32,000 nt of DNA from an uncultured bacterium (GTDB lineage Bacteria > Margulisbacteria > WOR-1 > CAVSGV01): the NCBI GenBank assembly GCA_963699255.1, contig OY969425.1, positions 1,140,001 to 1,172,000 on the forward strand, read 5' to 3'. The position numbers were made by a program, and so were the translations under genes. Positions 17,388 through 27,396 of the stretch are shown in pieces; position 1 is the stretch's first letter, and the number at the start of each line of letters is the position of its first letter. The notes under the pieces are model-generated. The model ran no database searches, had not been told where the DNA came from, and worked only from the letters and a program-made list of their open reading frames with translations.

Positions 17388-18845
17388 ATGGAACTCTTCG
17401 AGCTTACCGCCCACGAGCTGCACTCAAAGCTGGACAAGAGAGAGGCCTCCGCCGAGGAGATCGTCAGGTCGGTCCTTCGAAGGATAAGCAGGGTTGAGAA
17501 CAGCGTGTCCGCTTTTATGACCGTCAATATTGACGAGGCCATATCAAGGGCGAAGGAGATCGATGAGCAGATAGCTTCGGGAAAACAGATAACTCCTTTA
17601 ACCGGGATACCCGTTGCGATAAAGGATAACCTCTGCACAAGGGGGATGCTGACCACCGCTTCATCAAAGATACTTCAGAATTACGTTCCGCCTTACAACG
17701 CGACCGTGGTCGAAAAAATACTGCAGGCGGGCGCGATCCCGATAGGCAAGACGAACCTTGATGAATTCGCCATGGGTTCTTCCACCGAAAATTCAGCTTA
17801 CAAGGTGACAAAAAATCCCTGGGACGTGAGCACAGTCCCCGGCGGGTCATCGGGCGGGTCGGCAGCCAGCATTGCCGCGGATGAAGCAATACTCGCTTTC
17901 GGATCGGATACCGGCGGATCGATAAGGCAGCCCGCTTCATTCTGCGGGGTCGTGGGACTTAAGCCGACCTACGGCCGGGTCTCAAGATACGGACTCATCG
18001 CTTTTGCCTCCTCTCTGGACCAGATAGGACCGCTGACAAAGGACGTGACCGACGCCGCGATCTTCATGAACATTATGGCGGGCCACGATGTAAAAGATTC
18101 AACTTCAGTCGATATTCCTGTGCCGGATTACAGAAAGGCCCTCATTGATGATGTAAAAAAGCTTAAGATCGGCATCATAAAAGAGCTTGTAGGCCAGGGA
18201 ATTGACGACGGGGTAAAAAAAGCCGTTCTGGAAGCCGCGGATGTCCTGAAAAAGCTGGGAGCCAGCGTTGAGCAGGTCTCAATGCCGACCCTTGCATACG
18301 GCGTCCCGACCTATTACATTCTAGCGACGGCCGAGGCAAGCTCGAACCTTGAAAGATATGACGGGGTAAAATACGGCTTAAGGTCGAACGAAGCGGACGA
18401 CCTTCTTTCAATGTATTACAACACCAGGCGCGAAGGCTTCGGCCCCGAGGTAAAGAGAAGGATAATGCTGGGCACCTATGCCCTCTCCGCCGGATATTAC
18501 GACGCTTATTATCTGAAGGCCCAGAAAGTAAGGACCTTGATAAAGAACGATTTCGATAAGGCGTTCTCTAAATTCGACATCCTCCTCTCCCCCACCGCGC
18601 CGAGCGTCGCGTTCAAGATAGGCGAGAAGGTCAACGATCCGCTTTCAATGTACCTGTCCGATATCGCCACGATACCGATCAATCTCGCCGGCATTCCGGC
18701 GATATCGATCCCGTGCGGTTTTGTGAATGACCTGCCCGTTGGACTCCAGATAATGGGAAAAGCATTCAGCGAAGAGTTGCTGTTCAGGATCGCTTATACT
18801 TTTGAACAGAATACGCAGTGGCACAAGAAGAGGCCTAAGCTATGA
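17388..18845 (+). CDS. gatA: Asp-tRNA(Asn)/Glu-tRNA(Gln) amidotransferase subunit A
   Basis: Amidase signature [20 protein letters not shown]...[22 protein letters not shown]...[32 protein letters not shown]. Confidence 0.98.
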   Translation: MELFELTAHELHSKLDKREASAEEIVRSVLRRISRVENSVSAFMTVNIDEAISRAKEIDEQIASGKQITPLTGIPVAIKDNLCTRGMLTTASSKILQNYVPPYNATVVEKILQAGAIPIGKTNLDEFAMGSSTENSAYKVTKNPWDVSTVPGGSSGGSAASIAADEAILAFGSDTGGSIRQPASFCGVVGLKPTYGRVSRYGLIAFASSLDQIGPLTKDVTDAAIFMNIMAGHDVKDSTSVDIPVPDYRKALIDDVKKLKIGIIKELVGQGIDDGVKKAVLEAADVLKKLGASVEQVSMPTLAYGVPTYYILATAEASSNLERYDGVKYGLRSNEADDLLSMYYNTRREGFGPEVKRRIMLGTYALSAGYYDAYYLKAQKVRTLIKNDFDKAFSKFDILLSPTAPSVAFKIGEKVNDPLSMYLSDIATIPINLAGIPAISIPCGFVNDLPVGLQIMGKAFSEELLFRIAYTFEQNTQWHKKRPKL

Positions 18846-20287
18846 AATACGAAACAGTAATCGGGCTGGAAGTGCACGCACAGCTCCTGACAGAGTCGAA
18901 GATATTCTGCGGCTGCTCCGCAAAATTCGGCGCGGCTCCCAACACGAACATCTGCCCTGTCTGCACCGGACAGCCGGGAGTTCTTCCTGTTTTGAACAAA
19001 AAGGTCGTAGATTTTGCAATAAAGACAGGGCTTGCGCTCAAGGCCAAGATAGCAAAGCATTCGATATTCGCCAGAAAGAACTATTTCTATCCGGACATTC
19101 CGAAGGGTTACCAGGTATCGCAGTATGAACTTCCCATCGCGACGGCGGGGCAGCTTGACATAAACGTCGACGGAAAAGCGAAGGAGATCGGGATAACGCG
19201 TGTGCATCTGGAGGAGGACGCGGGAAAGCTGGTGCATCAGGGCGCGGCGGGACTGAAAGGTTCGACCGGAAGCCTCGTCGATTTCAACAGGACCGGAGTT
19301 CCTCTGATGGAGATAGTGAGCGAACCCGATATCCGCTCGCCGGAAGAAGCAAAAGTATACATGCAGGAGCTGAGGAACATCCTGATGTCATTGGGTGTCT
19401 GCGACGGGAACATGGAGGAAGGAAGCCTGCGGTGCGACGCGAACGTATCCCTGAGGCCGGTAGGGCAAAAAGAGTTCGGCGTTAAGACCGAAGTAAAGAA
19501 CATGAACTCGTTCAAGGCGGTCCAGAAAGCTCTGGCGGCGGAAGTGGTAAGGCAGACGCAGATACTTGAAGAAGGCGGGAAGCTCCTGCAGGAATCCAGA
19601 TTATATGATGACTCGACCGACACGACGGTCCCGATGAGGAGCAAGGAAGAAGCCCATGACTACCGATATTTCCCGGAGCCGGACCTTGTGCCGGTCGAAA
19701 TAGATGCCAAATGGATAGAAGATATCGGCAAAACGATTGGAGAACTTCCTCAGGCGAAAAAAGCCAGATACATGAAAGATCTCGGCCTGCCCGATCTCGA
19801 CGCAACGATACTTGTCGATGACAAGTCCCTGGCTGATTTCTTTGAAGAAAGCATCAAGCTTCTTAACGAGCCGAAAGAAATAAGCAAATGGCTGGTCGGC
19901 GATGTATTAGCTTACATGAATGAAAATAAAACGAACATCTCCCAGCTTGATCTTACGCCCTCAAATCTGATCGAGATGATCAAACTCATCGCCAAGGGCA
20001 CCATAAGCAGAAAAACGGCAAAGGAAGTGTTGATCAAGGTGCTTGATACGGGAAAGAGCGTGAATGATATCGTTGCCGAATCCGGCGCGACCCAGATATC
20101 GGATGAAGGCGAGATCATTAAGATAATAGCTGATATCATCAGGGATAATCCAAAATCTGTCGCTGATTATAAAGGCGGCAAGGAACAGGCGCTTTTCCAT
20201 CTTATGGGGCAGGTCATGAAGGCCACAAAAGGCAGGGCCAATCCGGAAACAACAAAAGCTATTCTGATCAAGGAGCTTAAGAAGTAA
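18842..20287 (+). CDS. gatB: Asp-tRNA(Asn)/Glu-tRNA(Gln) amidotransferase subunit B
   Basis: [74 protein letters not shown]; 4-nt overlap with gatA. Confidence 0.98.
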   Translation: MKYETVIGLEVHAQLLTESKIFCGCSAKFGAAPNTNICPVCTGQPGVLPVLNKKVVDFAIKTGLALKAKIAKHSIFARKNYFYPDIPKGYQVSQYELPIATAGQLDINVDGKAKEIGITRVHLEEDAGKLVHQGAAGLKGSTGSLVDFNRTGVPLMEIVSEPDIRSPEEAKVYMQELRNILMSLGVCDGNMEEGSLRCDANVSLRPVGQKEFGVKTEVKNMNSFKAVQKALAAEVVRQTQILEEGGKLLQESRLYDDSTDTTVPMRSKEEAHDYRYFPEPDLVPVEIDAKWIEDIGKTIGELPQAKKARYMKDLGLPDLDATILVDDKSLADFFEESIKLLNEPKEISKWLVGDVLAYMNENKTNISQLDLTPSNLIEMIKLIAKGTISRKTAKEVLIKVLDTGKSVNDIVAESGATQISDEGEIIKIIADIIRDNPKSVADYKGGKEQALFHLMGQVMKATKGRANPETTKAILIKELKK

Positions 20288-20307
20288 GCTGAAAGGATCG
20301 TGAAGGT

Positions 20308-20832
20308 ATGGATCAATGGCTTATAGACGCGATCACCAAGCTGGATCCTGATGAGACCGCGAAGATAAAGTTGTTATATCCCCCTCTCCAAGTCAAAGCT
20401 TACAAACTAACTATTGATGTCCACAAGCACGGATTAAAGGGCGGTGTTTTCTGTTCTTATCGCAGTTTCCAGGAGCAGGCGGCGACGTACGCGAAAGGCA
20501 GGGATGCGAAGGGGAACATTGTGAACCCAAAGCTGGTGGTCTCGAACACGAAGCCGGGGTACAGCTGGCATCAATGGGGGCTTGCCATTGACTGGGTGTT
20601 CAAGGACGCGAAGGGTGCGTGGACGTGGGATAATTCGCAGCCATGGGCGGAGTTAGGAGCGATAGGAAGGCAATATATGTCGTGGGGCGGAGATTGGCCG
20701 AAGTTCCCCGACAGGCCGCACTTTGAGAAAACATATGATCTGGATATTGAGAAGATCAACCAGGTCTATATTAAGAACGGTAAAAGTCTCGCGGCGGTGT
20801 GGAAGTATATGGATAATGTCATAAAAGCATAA
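20308..20832 (+). CDS. M15-type (VanY/CwlK/endolysin-like) peptidase
   Basis: 174 aa; FCSYRSFQEQAATYAKGR, PGYSWHQWGLAIDWVF, RPHFEKTYD (His/Asp/His zinc-ligand pattern). No signal peptide. Confidence 0.8.
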   Translation: MDQWLIDAITKLDPDETAKIKLLYPPLQVKAYKLTIDVHKHGLKGGVFCSYRSFQEQAATYAKGRDAKGNIVNPKLVVSNTKPGYSWHQWGLAIDWVFKDAKGAWTWDNSQPWAELGAIGRQYMSWGGDWPKFPDRPHFEKTYDLDIEKINQVYIKNGKSLAAVWKYMDNVIKA

Positions 20833-20897
20833 GAAGGCGTGTAATAAAATAGATTTTTTAAGGCCTCCTGACAAATAACAATAAGTGAGGTGAAATA

Positions 20898-21506
20898 ATG
20901 CACGTATCTATATTAATATCAATAGTAGCCTTATTTCTATCAGGGTATACATTTTACTTTTCGTTTATAAGACCATGTAAAATTGATGTTTATGTAGGCG
21001 ACAAAATAGGCATAGTTAAATCGTCCGGTGGAGACTATTCGAAGGTTCACCTTAACTGCAACTTTGTTAACAATACCCCAAGTAATGGCGTGATCGATAA
21101 AATATTATTGGAAATTGAAGCTCCTGATAAAAAGAAATATCAATTTGACTGGGATGAATATTATAAATATGTGGGAAATCAAGGCGTCGAACCCGAATCT
21201 TTATCGTTTCCTATTGCCATTAATTCAAAGAATTCTGTTTATAAAGGCATTCAATTCAAAATGCGCGATCACTCAGAAATCATAGGTTCCAGAACTGTTT
21301 CGGAAACGAGCATATCATGGACAACCGGAAAATACACACTTACTATCAAGGGCTGGTCAAATAAATCCAGCATAAATGAAAAGCCAAATATTATTAAGCT
21401 TTTTCAAATAGATATTAATGCAATTAAATTAGATGAAATTACTCATATAAATGCAGGCGAGCACGCAATGGTTGTATTTATTCCTCTGTCAGGTTGGGAT
21501 GAATAA
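20898..21506 (+). CDS. Single-TM anchored protein with beta-rich soluble domain, unknown function
   Basis: 202 aa; N-terminal TM VSILISIVALFLSGYTFYFSFI; overlaps the next gene by 8 nt; AT-rich. Confidence 0.55.
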   Translation: MHVSILISIVALFLSGYTFYFSFIRPCKIDVYVGDKIGIVKSSGGDYSKVHLNCNFVNNTPSNGVIDKILLEIEAPDKKKYQFDWDEYYKYVGNQGVEPESLSFPIAINSKNSVYKGIQFKMRDHSEIIGSRTVSETSISWTTGKYTLTIKGWSNKSSINEKPNIIKLFQIDINAIKLDEITHINAGEHAMVVFIPLSGWDE

Positions 21507-22431
21507 TAGATTACAAAAAGACAAACAGATAAATTCCATTGATGCCATCATCAATAAACTAGAAAAGATTATTGGGTCCTTTAGCGAACAGGAGATTAAT
21601 AAGCTTCACAGCTTCTCTTCAACCGCAGATGAAAGAGCAAAGGGGTTTTATGCTGGTTCAAAAGAATATTGTGATTATATTACGAACAACATTATAGGCA
21701 TTTTAAAGGGGATAATTAAACCAAACAAAAGAGAGACGCTATTAATCGGATTGTTTGGTCGATTTTATGGGAGGCTTAGAGATGCTGTTCAGCTAAATAA
21801 TTGGATATATTTCGAGTCTACTGCATCAGCAACTAGGACAATGTTTGAGATTCTTGTTGATATGATATTAATAAGTAAGGACACGTCCTCTGTTAGCATT
21901 GATAAATACTTCGAATATATAGATCTGAAGAAATATGATTACATGAAAAAGTATTATGAGTATATTGATGCGAAAAAGTGTAGCAAAAATGAATTTTATT
22001 ATAGCGCAAAAGAATATGTTGATAATATAAACAAATCAAAGGATGTTGCTAGCACTATTAAACAAGTATGGCGAGCGGAAAAACTCCCAAAAACTTGGAC
22101 AGGGAATGACCTTGCGACTAACGCAGAAAATGCCGAACTAAGTGAAATATATAGGTATCTATATGCAAGATTGTGTTGGCAAACCCATTCGGGCTTAACG
22201 CATGTTTTAGGGTTTAAACAAGACTACTTTATCAATACATATGGCGAAGCCCACCTTAACATTCAAGCATTTACTATGAGAATGTTGCGAATTTTTATTG
22301 GCGAATTTAAACTCGACAAAGCAATGCCTAATCTTATGAAATCAATAGAAACCGTTGAACAAGTCCCAGCAATTTCGTTTATCATACAAGATCTTAATAA
22401 AATGAATCAAGCTACAGTTAAACCAAAATAA
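21499..22431 (+). CDS. DUF5677-like helical protein, unknown function
   Basis: 310 aa from ATG at 21499; YFESTASATRTMFEILVDM...YLYARLCWQTHSGLTHVLG resembles DUF5677-type proteins. Assignment by eye only. Confidence 0.5.
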   Translation: MNNRLQKDKQINSIDAIINKLEKIIGSFSEQEINKLHSFSSTADERAKGFYAGSKEYCDYITNNIIGILKGIIKPNKRETLLIGLFGRFYGRLRDAVQLNNWIYFESTASATRTMFEILVDMILISKDTSSVSIDKYFEYIDLKKYDYMKKYYEYIDAKKCSKNEFYYSAKEYVDNINKSKDVASTIKQVWRAEKLPKTWTGNDLATNAENAELSEIYRYLYARLCWQTHSGLTHVLGFKQDYFINTYGEAHLNIQAFTMRMLRIFIGEFKLDKAMPNLMKSIETVEQVPAISFIIQDLNKMNQATVKPK

Positions 22432-22685
22432 TTCAATCTAACATTTATCTAATACTTCGTGTCATTTTTAACTGATTTCAACCGACTTACTCCGACTTTA
22501 CATAACCCAAAGGTTGGCTGGCACACCCTTTCCGCATTTGGCCCCAGAACATTGATCTCCCCTTCCCTTCGCCATCTTGGATTACCAGCAAAACTTTAAA
22601 AAATGTGAAATTTTCAACATAATTTGCCGAAATACCACAGTGAAGAGGAATTTGAGCCCGAATAATAAGTATAGGAGGAATTAAT

Positions 22686-23165
22686 GTGGTCAGCATAAAG
22701 CCTGTCTATGTAAGATTACGAGATCATAGTACATTTCCTAAGGCCGCCTATGGCAAAATAAGCCGGCAGCTGTTAAGCAGTGTTTCCTGCCTGCCCAAGG
22801 ACATCCTGGAAAAGATACACTTTCCCCCTACCGTCGTTCGATTGCCAATTACACTGCTGGAAAAAGCCTTAAAAGACATCAGGCCCGAAACCCCCGTAAA
22901 TTTCGGATATTATTCCGATAAGCCGTCAACAACCTTTAAGGCGGCTGTCGAACTAATGAATGCTCACTTAAAATTGTCGAACGCGGTGATTGCAGTAAAT
23001 ATTGATGGTAAGACAGCCGCACTCAATGAGAGATGGGTAGGCGCTCCAATGCAGCTGAATTTCTACAGACTATTCGATAATAACGGGAAGTTAGAGAATA
23101 CGAACGGTGAAGACACTATACACATCGACCTGACCAGCATGCGCATCGCAAAGTTAGGTGCGTGA
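22686..23165 (+). CDS. Orphan small protein, tandem paralog 1
   Basis: 159 aa, GTG start with AGGAGG; shares SCLPKDILEKIHFP, LEKALKDI, LSNAVIAVNI, APMQLNF, IHIDLTSMRI with the next ORF. Confidence 0.6.
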   Translation: MVSIKPVYVRLRDHSTFPKAAYGKISRQLLSSVSCLPKDILEKIHFPPTVVRLPITLLEKALKDIRPETPVNFGYYSDKPSTTFKAAVELMNAHLKLSNAVIAVNIDGKTAALNERWVGAPMQLNFYRLFDNNGKLENTNGEDTIHIDLTSMRIAKLGA

Positions 23166-23212
23166 AATTAATTCAAAAACTCGCCGATATATATCGGTAA
23201 GGAGGGATCAAT

Positions 23213-23701
23213 GTGAAGATCGGAGCGGATCATGTATATTTTAAACTGCTCAATCAAACCGGTTTTCCTAAACAACCGTACTGCAATCTGACCTCCAGGC
23301 TGCTGGGACATATTTCCTGCCTGCCCGGGAACATCCTGGAAAAGATGCGTTTTCCCGACAGTAATTCCCGATTTCCATCAACGCCGCTGGAAAATGCCCT
23401 AAAAGCAATCACGCTTCATACGCCCATAACTTTCCCCGAAGATCCCAATAAAGCACAACATAGAACGTTCCTTTCGGCCATTAACCTGTTCAAAAAGCAC
23501 ATAGATCTGTCGAGCGCAGTTATCGCAGTTACGATAGGACCAAAGACGAACGAACTTGGCGAGACATGGAACGACGCTCCCCTCCAGCTGAAATTCTCCA
23601 GGACACATACTAATATTTACGGCGGCTTAAATGACAGTAGACGCAAGGAAACTATCTGCGTGGACCTGAACGGCCTGCGCATAGAAAATAAAAACAGGTA
23701 A
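23213..23701 (+). CDS. Orphan small protein, tandem paralog 2
   Basis: 162 aa; SCLPGNILEKMRFP, LENALKAI, LSSAVIAVTI, APLQLKF, ICVDLNGLRI. Confidence 0.6.
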   Translation: MKIGADHVYFKLLNQTGFPKQPYCNLTSRLLGHISCLPGNILEKMRFPDSNSRFPSTPLENALKAITLHTPITFPEDPNKAQHRTFLSAINLFKKHIDLSSAVIAVTIGPKTNELGETWNDAPLQLKFSRTHTNIYGGLNDSRRKETICVDLNGLRIENKNR

Positions 23702-23766
23702 AGACCCTTCATTCCCCTATTTTGTCTCCCGTATCTTTGAAAACACTACAAATCAACTTTACAATG

Positions 23767-23841
23767 AACGCCGTATATAAAAAGAACGGCAACGGTCTTG
23801 CTGCTGTATGGAAATATATGGATAGCGTCATGAACGGCTGA
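23767..23841 (+). pseudogene. 3' remnant of a second M15-type peptidase gene
   Basis: Translates NAVYKKNGNGLAAVWKYMDSVMNG*, matching NQVYIKNGKSLAAVWKYMDNVIKA* at the end of the 20308..20832 gene. Confidence 0.75.
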
Positions 23842-23848
23842 GGGCTCC

Positions 23849-24952
23849 TCAGTCCGGAAAACCTAAAACATAGGGATACAATTGCCTTGCTAATTTCGAT
23901 TGAGCCAGCCTCAACGCGAAATTCTCCGACCATATTTCCTGCAATGATCTTTGTCCGTCTATACTGCCAAGGTTTACCGATGGAATTGACGCGAATGACG
24001 GGATCTTTTTCCTGAACTCATCACTAAAATGCACCATCTGGCTTATTCCTACGCTCCCGTCCGCGGTTATTCTCATTCCGGCGCCGCGGTAATATTCGGA
24101 AAATATAGTAATGGGCATGGCTGACGGCATTTTCGTCTTTTTCATGGACAATGGGCAGCTTATAAAAGGCAGGAAGCGGGGGGTTGTTATTGTTATGTCA
24201 TTCAGTTTCTCCTCCAGATCGGACAGGTCATCAGGGCCCACAAATCCTACTTTGGAATAAGCATTCGTTCCAAGAAGTTTGAACGGAGTGACATGATAAT
24301 GCCTCAAACCGCATCCCGCCAGATACGCCGCGAATTCCGGAATATATGTCAGATTGTTCTTGTATAAAGTGGAAAGGACGACCAGCTGGTTCCCTTTCTT
24401 AAGCAAAGAAGGCAGAAGCCAGTTCATGACTTTGCGGTATTGTATCGGATTCCTGTACTTTGCGTTGATGTCCTCAGGCCCGTCCAGGCTTACAATGATC
24501 TTAGACCTGGGATTGTCTAACATCGACAATACACGTTCTTCGTTCAGCCGCATGCCGTTCGTTATCAGATTCGCCGAGGTGAATTCCTTTTGTGTCGCGT
24601 AGTCCCACAATTCGTAGAAGTGAGGATGGAGCATGGCTTCCCCTCCCCTTATCGCCAGTTCAAAAGCCCGCAGCTCGTCAGCTTCATCGATGACCCCCTT
24701 TACCGCATCGTCCCGCATTATGATCCGCCCTTCCATGCCGCTCTGCGAACAATACGAACATTTTGAATCGCAGCCCCGGAATATCTCAAGCACTATGCGG
24801 ACCGGGAATTTCAGTTTTGCGGGATCAAATTTATTGTGCCGGCCTGCCAGGTCCTTTACGGACACCAGCCTGTCCAGGGGATCGAAGGTCAATTGGATAT
24901 TGCCGTCTCTCCTTGCACGAAGGTAATTATTATCTTTTATCCTAATGTCCAA
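23849..24952 (-). CDS. Radical SAM protein with degenerate SPASM-like C-terminus
   Basis: 367 aa, TTG start; FRGCDSKCSYCSQ (CxxxCxxC), RGGEAMLHPHF, ITNGMRL, IIVSLDGPEDINAKYR. Confidence 0.88.
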   Translation of the reverse strand: MDIRIKDNNYLRARRDGNIQLTFDPLDRLVSVKDLAGRHNKFDPAKLKFPVRIVLEIFRGCDSKCSYCSQSGMEGRIIMRDDAVKGVIDEADELRAFELAIRGGEAMLHPHFYELWDYATQKEFTSANLITNGMRLNEERVLSMLDNPRSKIIVSLDGPEDINAKYRNPIQYRKVMNWLLPSLLKKGNQLVVLSTLYKNNLTYIPEFAAYLAGCGLRHYHVTPFKLLGTNAYSKVGFVGPDDLSDLEEKLNDITITTPRFLPFISCPLSMKKTKMPSAMPITIFSEYYRGAGMRITADGSVGISQMVHFSDEFRKKIPSFASIPSVNLGSIDGQRSLQEIWSENFALRLAQSKLARQLYPYVLGFPD

Positions 24953-26090
24953 CGTTCTGCTCCATCATGCGAAACAGTTTAATAAAATATCCCTGGGGGG
25001 TAAGCATGTCTTCCCACAACAAACGGTTGCTTTCCTGCATCTCCTTGAATCCATTGGATGAAATACCGCCATGAAAATCTGAAATGATCTTTGCGATGTT
25101 CTTTACGTCCCCGTGTTCGACCCAGACGCAGTGTTTGCGCCAGTCTATCTCCGTCGGCAATGGCAGAGGGGAATCGGTATTCACGAACACAGGAATACGG
25201 CCGGATGCCAGGACTTCGTAAAAACGGTAGGAATAATTGCCCTTGCCTCTTACGCACAGCACGTAATCGCTCCCGAAAATGCTGTCGTAGTATTCTTTTC
25301 GCACGCGCGCCAGTCCCCGTGCGTCGCTTTCCCTGTCTATACCCGCGCAGTAACCGCTTTTGTACGCGATGTCCGTGGATACGTTGCCCGCCGACTCCAA
25401 AAAGCCAAGGACCGTGCCTCTGAAAGAATAAATACGGTCGTATTTATCCTGCAGTCCCATGCCGGAGAAAGCGTTCTCCACCGACAGGTGGAAATCATCC
25501 AGCTGTCTTGCCGTCAGCGGCGTAGTGTTAGCCCCCCCACAGAAGCTTATATTTGGTGTTCTGCTCCATTTTCTTATCTGCGGCACTCCGTTGCTGTATA
25601 CAGCGAGAGGGTCTCCCACGAATCCTGGCATGGAATATTCATTCGGCATGCGTCTTGAGTCGTTGAACGAAGTACGGATTACCACGACACTGTCCATCCA
25701 TGGAGAACCGGCGTCAGAGAATATCGGGATCGGCGAATCGTCGTCGGAATTATACTGGACCATTATCTTTTTGTTCACTACTTTCATTTCGTTCAGGAAC
25801 CGCAAAGCCAGGCTGGTCGCATCCTCCCGCAGGTAATATTTCCAATCGGAAGGCAGGACAGCCCAGTCAGCATTTCGTTTGTCATCGGTATATTCAAAAT
25901 GTTTATTCCAGTTGGCGACAAGTCCGGCAAACCTGTCCATGTCACGGAACTCCGACTTGTCTTTGAAATCAAATTTGTTTTTATGGCGCATCTGCCACAA
26001 TGGATGCAGAATAAATGAAGGGGGCGTCGCCTTTTTGGGTTTGGCGGGCCAATAAGTGTAGAGCCGTATTTTGGAACTTTCTAAAGTCAT
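24942..26090 (-). CDS. Exostosin-like (GT47-type) glycosyltransferase
   Basis: 382 aa; SDYVLCVRGKGNYSYRFYEVLASGRIPVFVNTDSPLPLPTEIDWRKHCVWVEHGDV. Overlaps the radical SAM start by 11 nt. Confidence 0.75.
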   Translation of the reverse strand: MTLESSKIRLYTYWPAKPKKATPPSFILHPLWQMRHKNKFDFKDKSEFRDMDRFAGLVANWNKHFEYTDDKRNADWAVLPSDWKYYLREDATSLALRFLNEMKVVNKKIMVQYNSDDDSPIPIFSDAGSPWMDSVVVIRTSFNDSRRMPNEYSMPGFVGDPLAVYSNGVPQIRKWSRTPNISFCGGANTTPLTARQLDDFHLSVENAFSGMGLQDKYDRIYSFRGTVLGFLESAGNVSTDIAYKSGYCAGIDRESDARGLARVRKEYYDSIFGSDYVLCVRGKGNYSYRFYEVLASGRIPVFVNTDSPLPLPTEIDWRKHCVWVEHGDVKNIAKIISDFHGGISSNGFKEMQESNRLLWEDMLTPQGYFIKLFRMMEQNVGH

Positions 26091-26218
26091 TTTTTGATCA
26101 CCCTTATGTTATCGAAAATATCCGCACAAGATTTCAAATTAAGTGAAATTTCCGGATCATTCCTTCGATGACTACAGGTAATATCGCGTGCGTCTTGGCA
26201 CATAATTTTAAAGGGGGA

Positions 26219-27376
26219 ATGAACATGAGCATGGCAGTAATCAGAGTTTCGGGTGCTTGTTCAAAGGTGGTCCTGCAGCAGCCGGAAGGAGCTGCCGAAA
26301 AATGCATCAATCAGGGCGTCGCCCTGTTCAATGCGGGAAAATTGGATGAGGCAGCCAAGCAATTCAAAAAAGCGATAAGCATCAACCCCGACCTCCCTCT
26401 CGCCCACAGAAATTTAGCCGTTGTTTACCAGGCGCAGGGCCGTCTTGATGATGCCGTTGAAGAATATAAAATTGTTGTAGATCTTGAACCGAACAGTTCC
26501 GACGCCCACAATGATCTGGGCATGGCTTACTATAACCAGACTTATTACAATTCCATTTATAACGCCACAGATGAATTCACGGCGGCTGTAACCCTTAATC
26601 AAAAGAATGCCAGCGCCCATGCTAATTTAGGCAGCTGTTATTTAAGAACGGGTGACATTAAAAAAGCCGTAGATGAATTGAAAATTGTCTTACGCATCAA
26701 ACCAAATGATGACAACACGCACGATTTGTTAGGCCTTGCTTACGATGCTCAGGGGGATAAAAAGCAGGCGGTCGATGAATTCAAAACTGCCGTGCGCATT
26801 AATCCGAAAAACGGCGAAGCCCACAATCATTTAGGCAGCGAATACATTGATCAGGACCTTCTCGCTGACGGCATCACAGAGGTAAAAAAGGCCATCAGCA
26901 TCAATAAGGACAATGACGGCGCCCACGATAATCTGGGCGTAGCCTACCTGAAACAGGGACTTACCAACGATGCCATTGACGAATTCAAAACGGCCATTCG
27001 CATCAATTCCAAGAACGGCGGCGCCCACTTTCATTTAGGCTTGATCTATCAGCAACAGCCTCTTAAATTAGATACCGCTATCGCGGAATTCGGATGGGCG
27101 GCCGAAGTTGCCCCGGAAAATGGCATGTACAGCAATTATTGGGGCAATGCGCTGCTGGAACAGGGTTATGGGTCGAACCTTATTCATGCCGAATACGCGT
27201 TCAAACTCACCCTCATATACAACTCTAATGATGACAAAGCCCATTACGGCCTGGGTATTGTATACATGAAACAGGGCCAAACAGACAAAGCCATAAATGA
27301 ATTTGAAAAGGCTTTCGGCATAAACCCCAATAATATTGAGGCGAAAAATAAATTGGATAGCCTGCGAAAACTTTAG
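26219..27376 (+). CDS. TPR-repeat protein
   Basis: Multiple 34-aa TPRs (INPDLPLAHRNLAVVYQAQGRLDDAVEEYKIVVDLEPNSSDAHNDLG...); AAGGGGG SD 5' of ATG at 26219. Confidence 0.85.
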   Translation: MNMSMAVIRVSGACSKVVLQQPEGAAEKCINQGVALFNAGKLDEAAKQFKKAISINPDLPLAHRNLAVVYQAQGRLDDAVEEYKIVVDLEPNSSDAHNDLGMAYYNQTYYNSIYNATDEFTAAVTLNQKNASAHANLGSCYLRTGDIKKAVDELKIVLRIKPNDDNTHDLLGLAYDAQGDKKQAVDEFKTAVRINPKNGEAHNHLGSEYIDQDLLADGITEVKKAISINKDNDGAHDNLGVAYLKQGLTNDAIDEFKTAIRINSKNGGAHFHLGLIYQQQPLKLDTAIAEFGWAAEVAPENGMYSNYWGNALLEQGYGSNLIHAEYAFKLTLIYNSNDDKAHYGLGIVYMKQGQTDKAINEFEKAFGINPNNIEAKNKLDSLRKL

Positions 27377-27396
27377 CCTCCTTCACCTTAAGAGCG

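Noticed and set aside
18794-19805. Overlapping ORFs in gatB (18794..19237, 18802..19128, 19237..19644, 19512..19805)
   Set aside because: Alternative frames of the unambiguous gatB coding sequence.
20308-23841. A complete prophage or integrative element
   Set aside because: No integrase, terminase, capsid, portal or attachment-site repeats seen; only an endolysin-like gene and a remnant of a second one.
25091-25966. Plus-strand Arg-rich ORFs antisense to the exostosin-like gene
   Set aside because: Shadow ORFs with low-complexity Arg/Pro composition and no family motifs.
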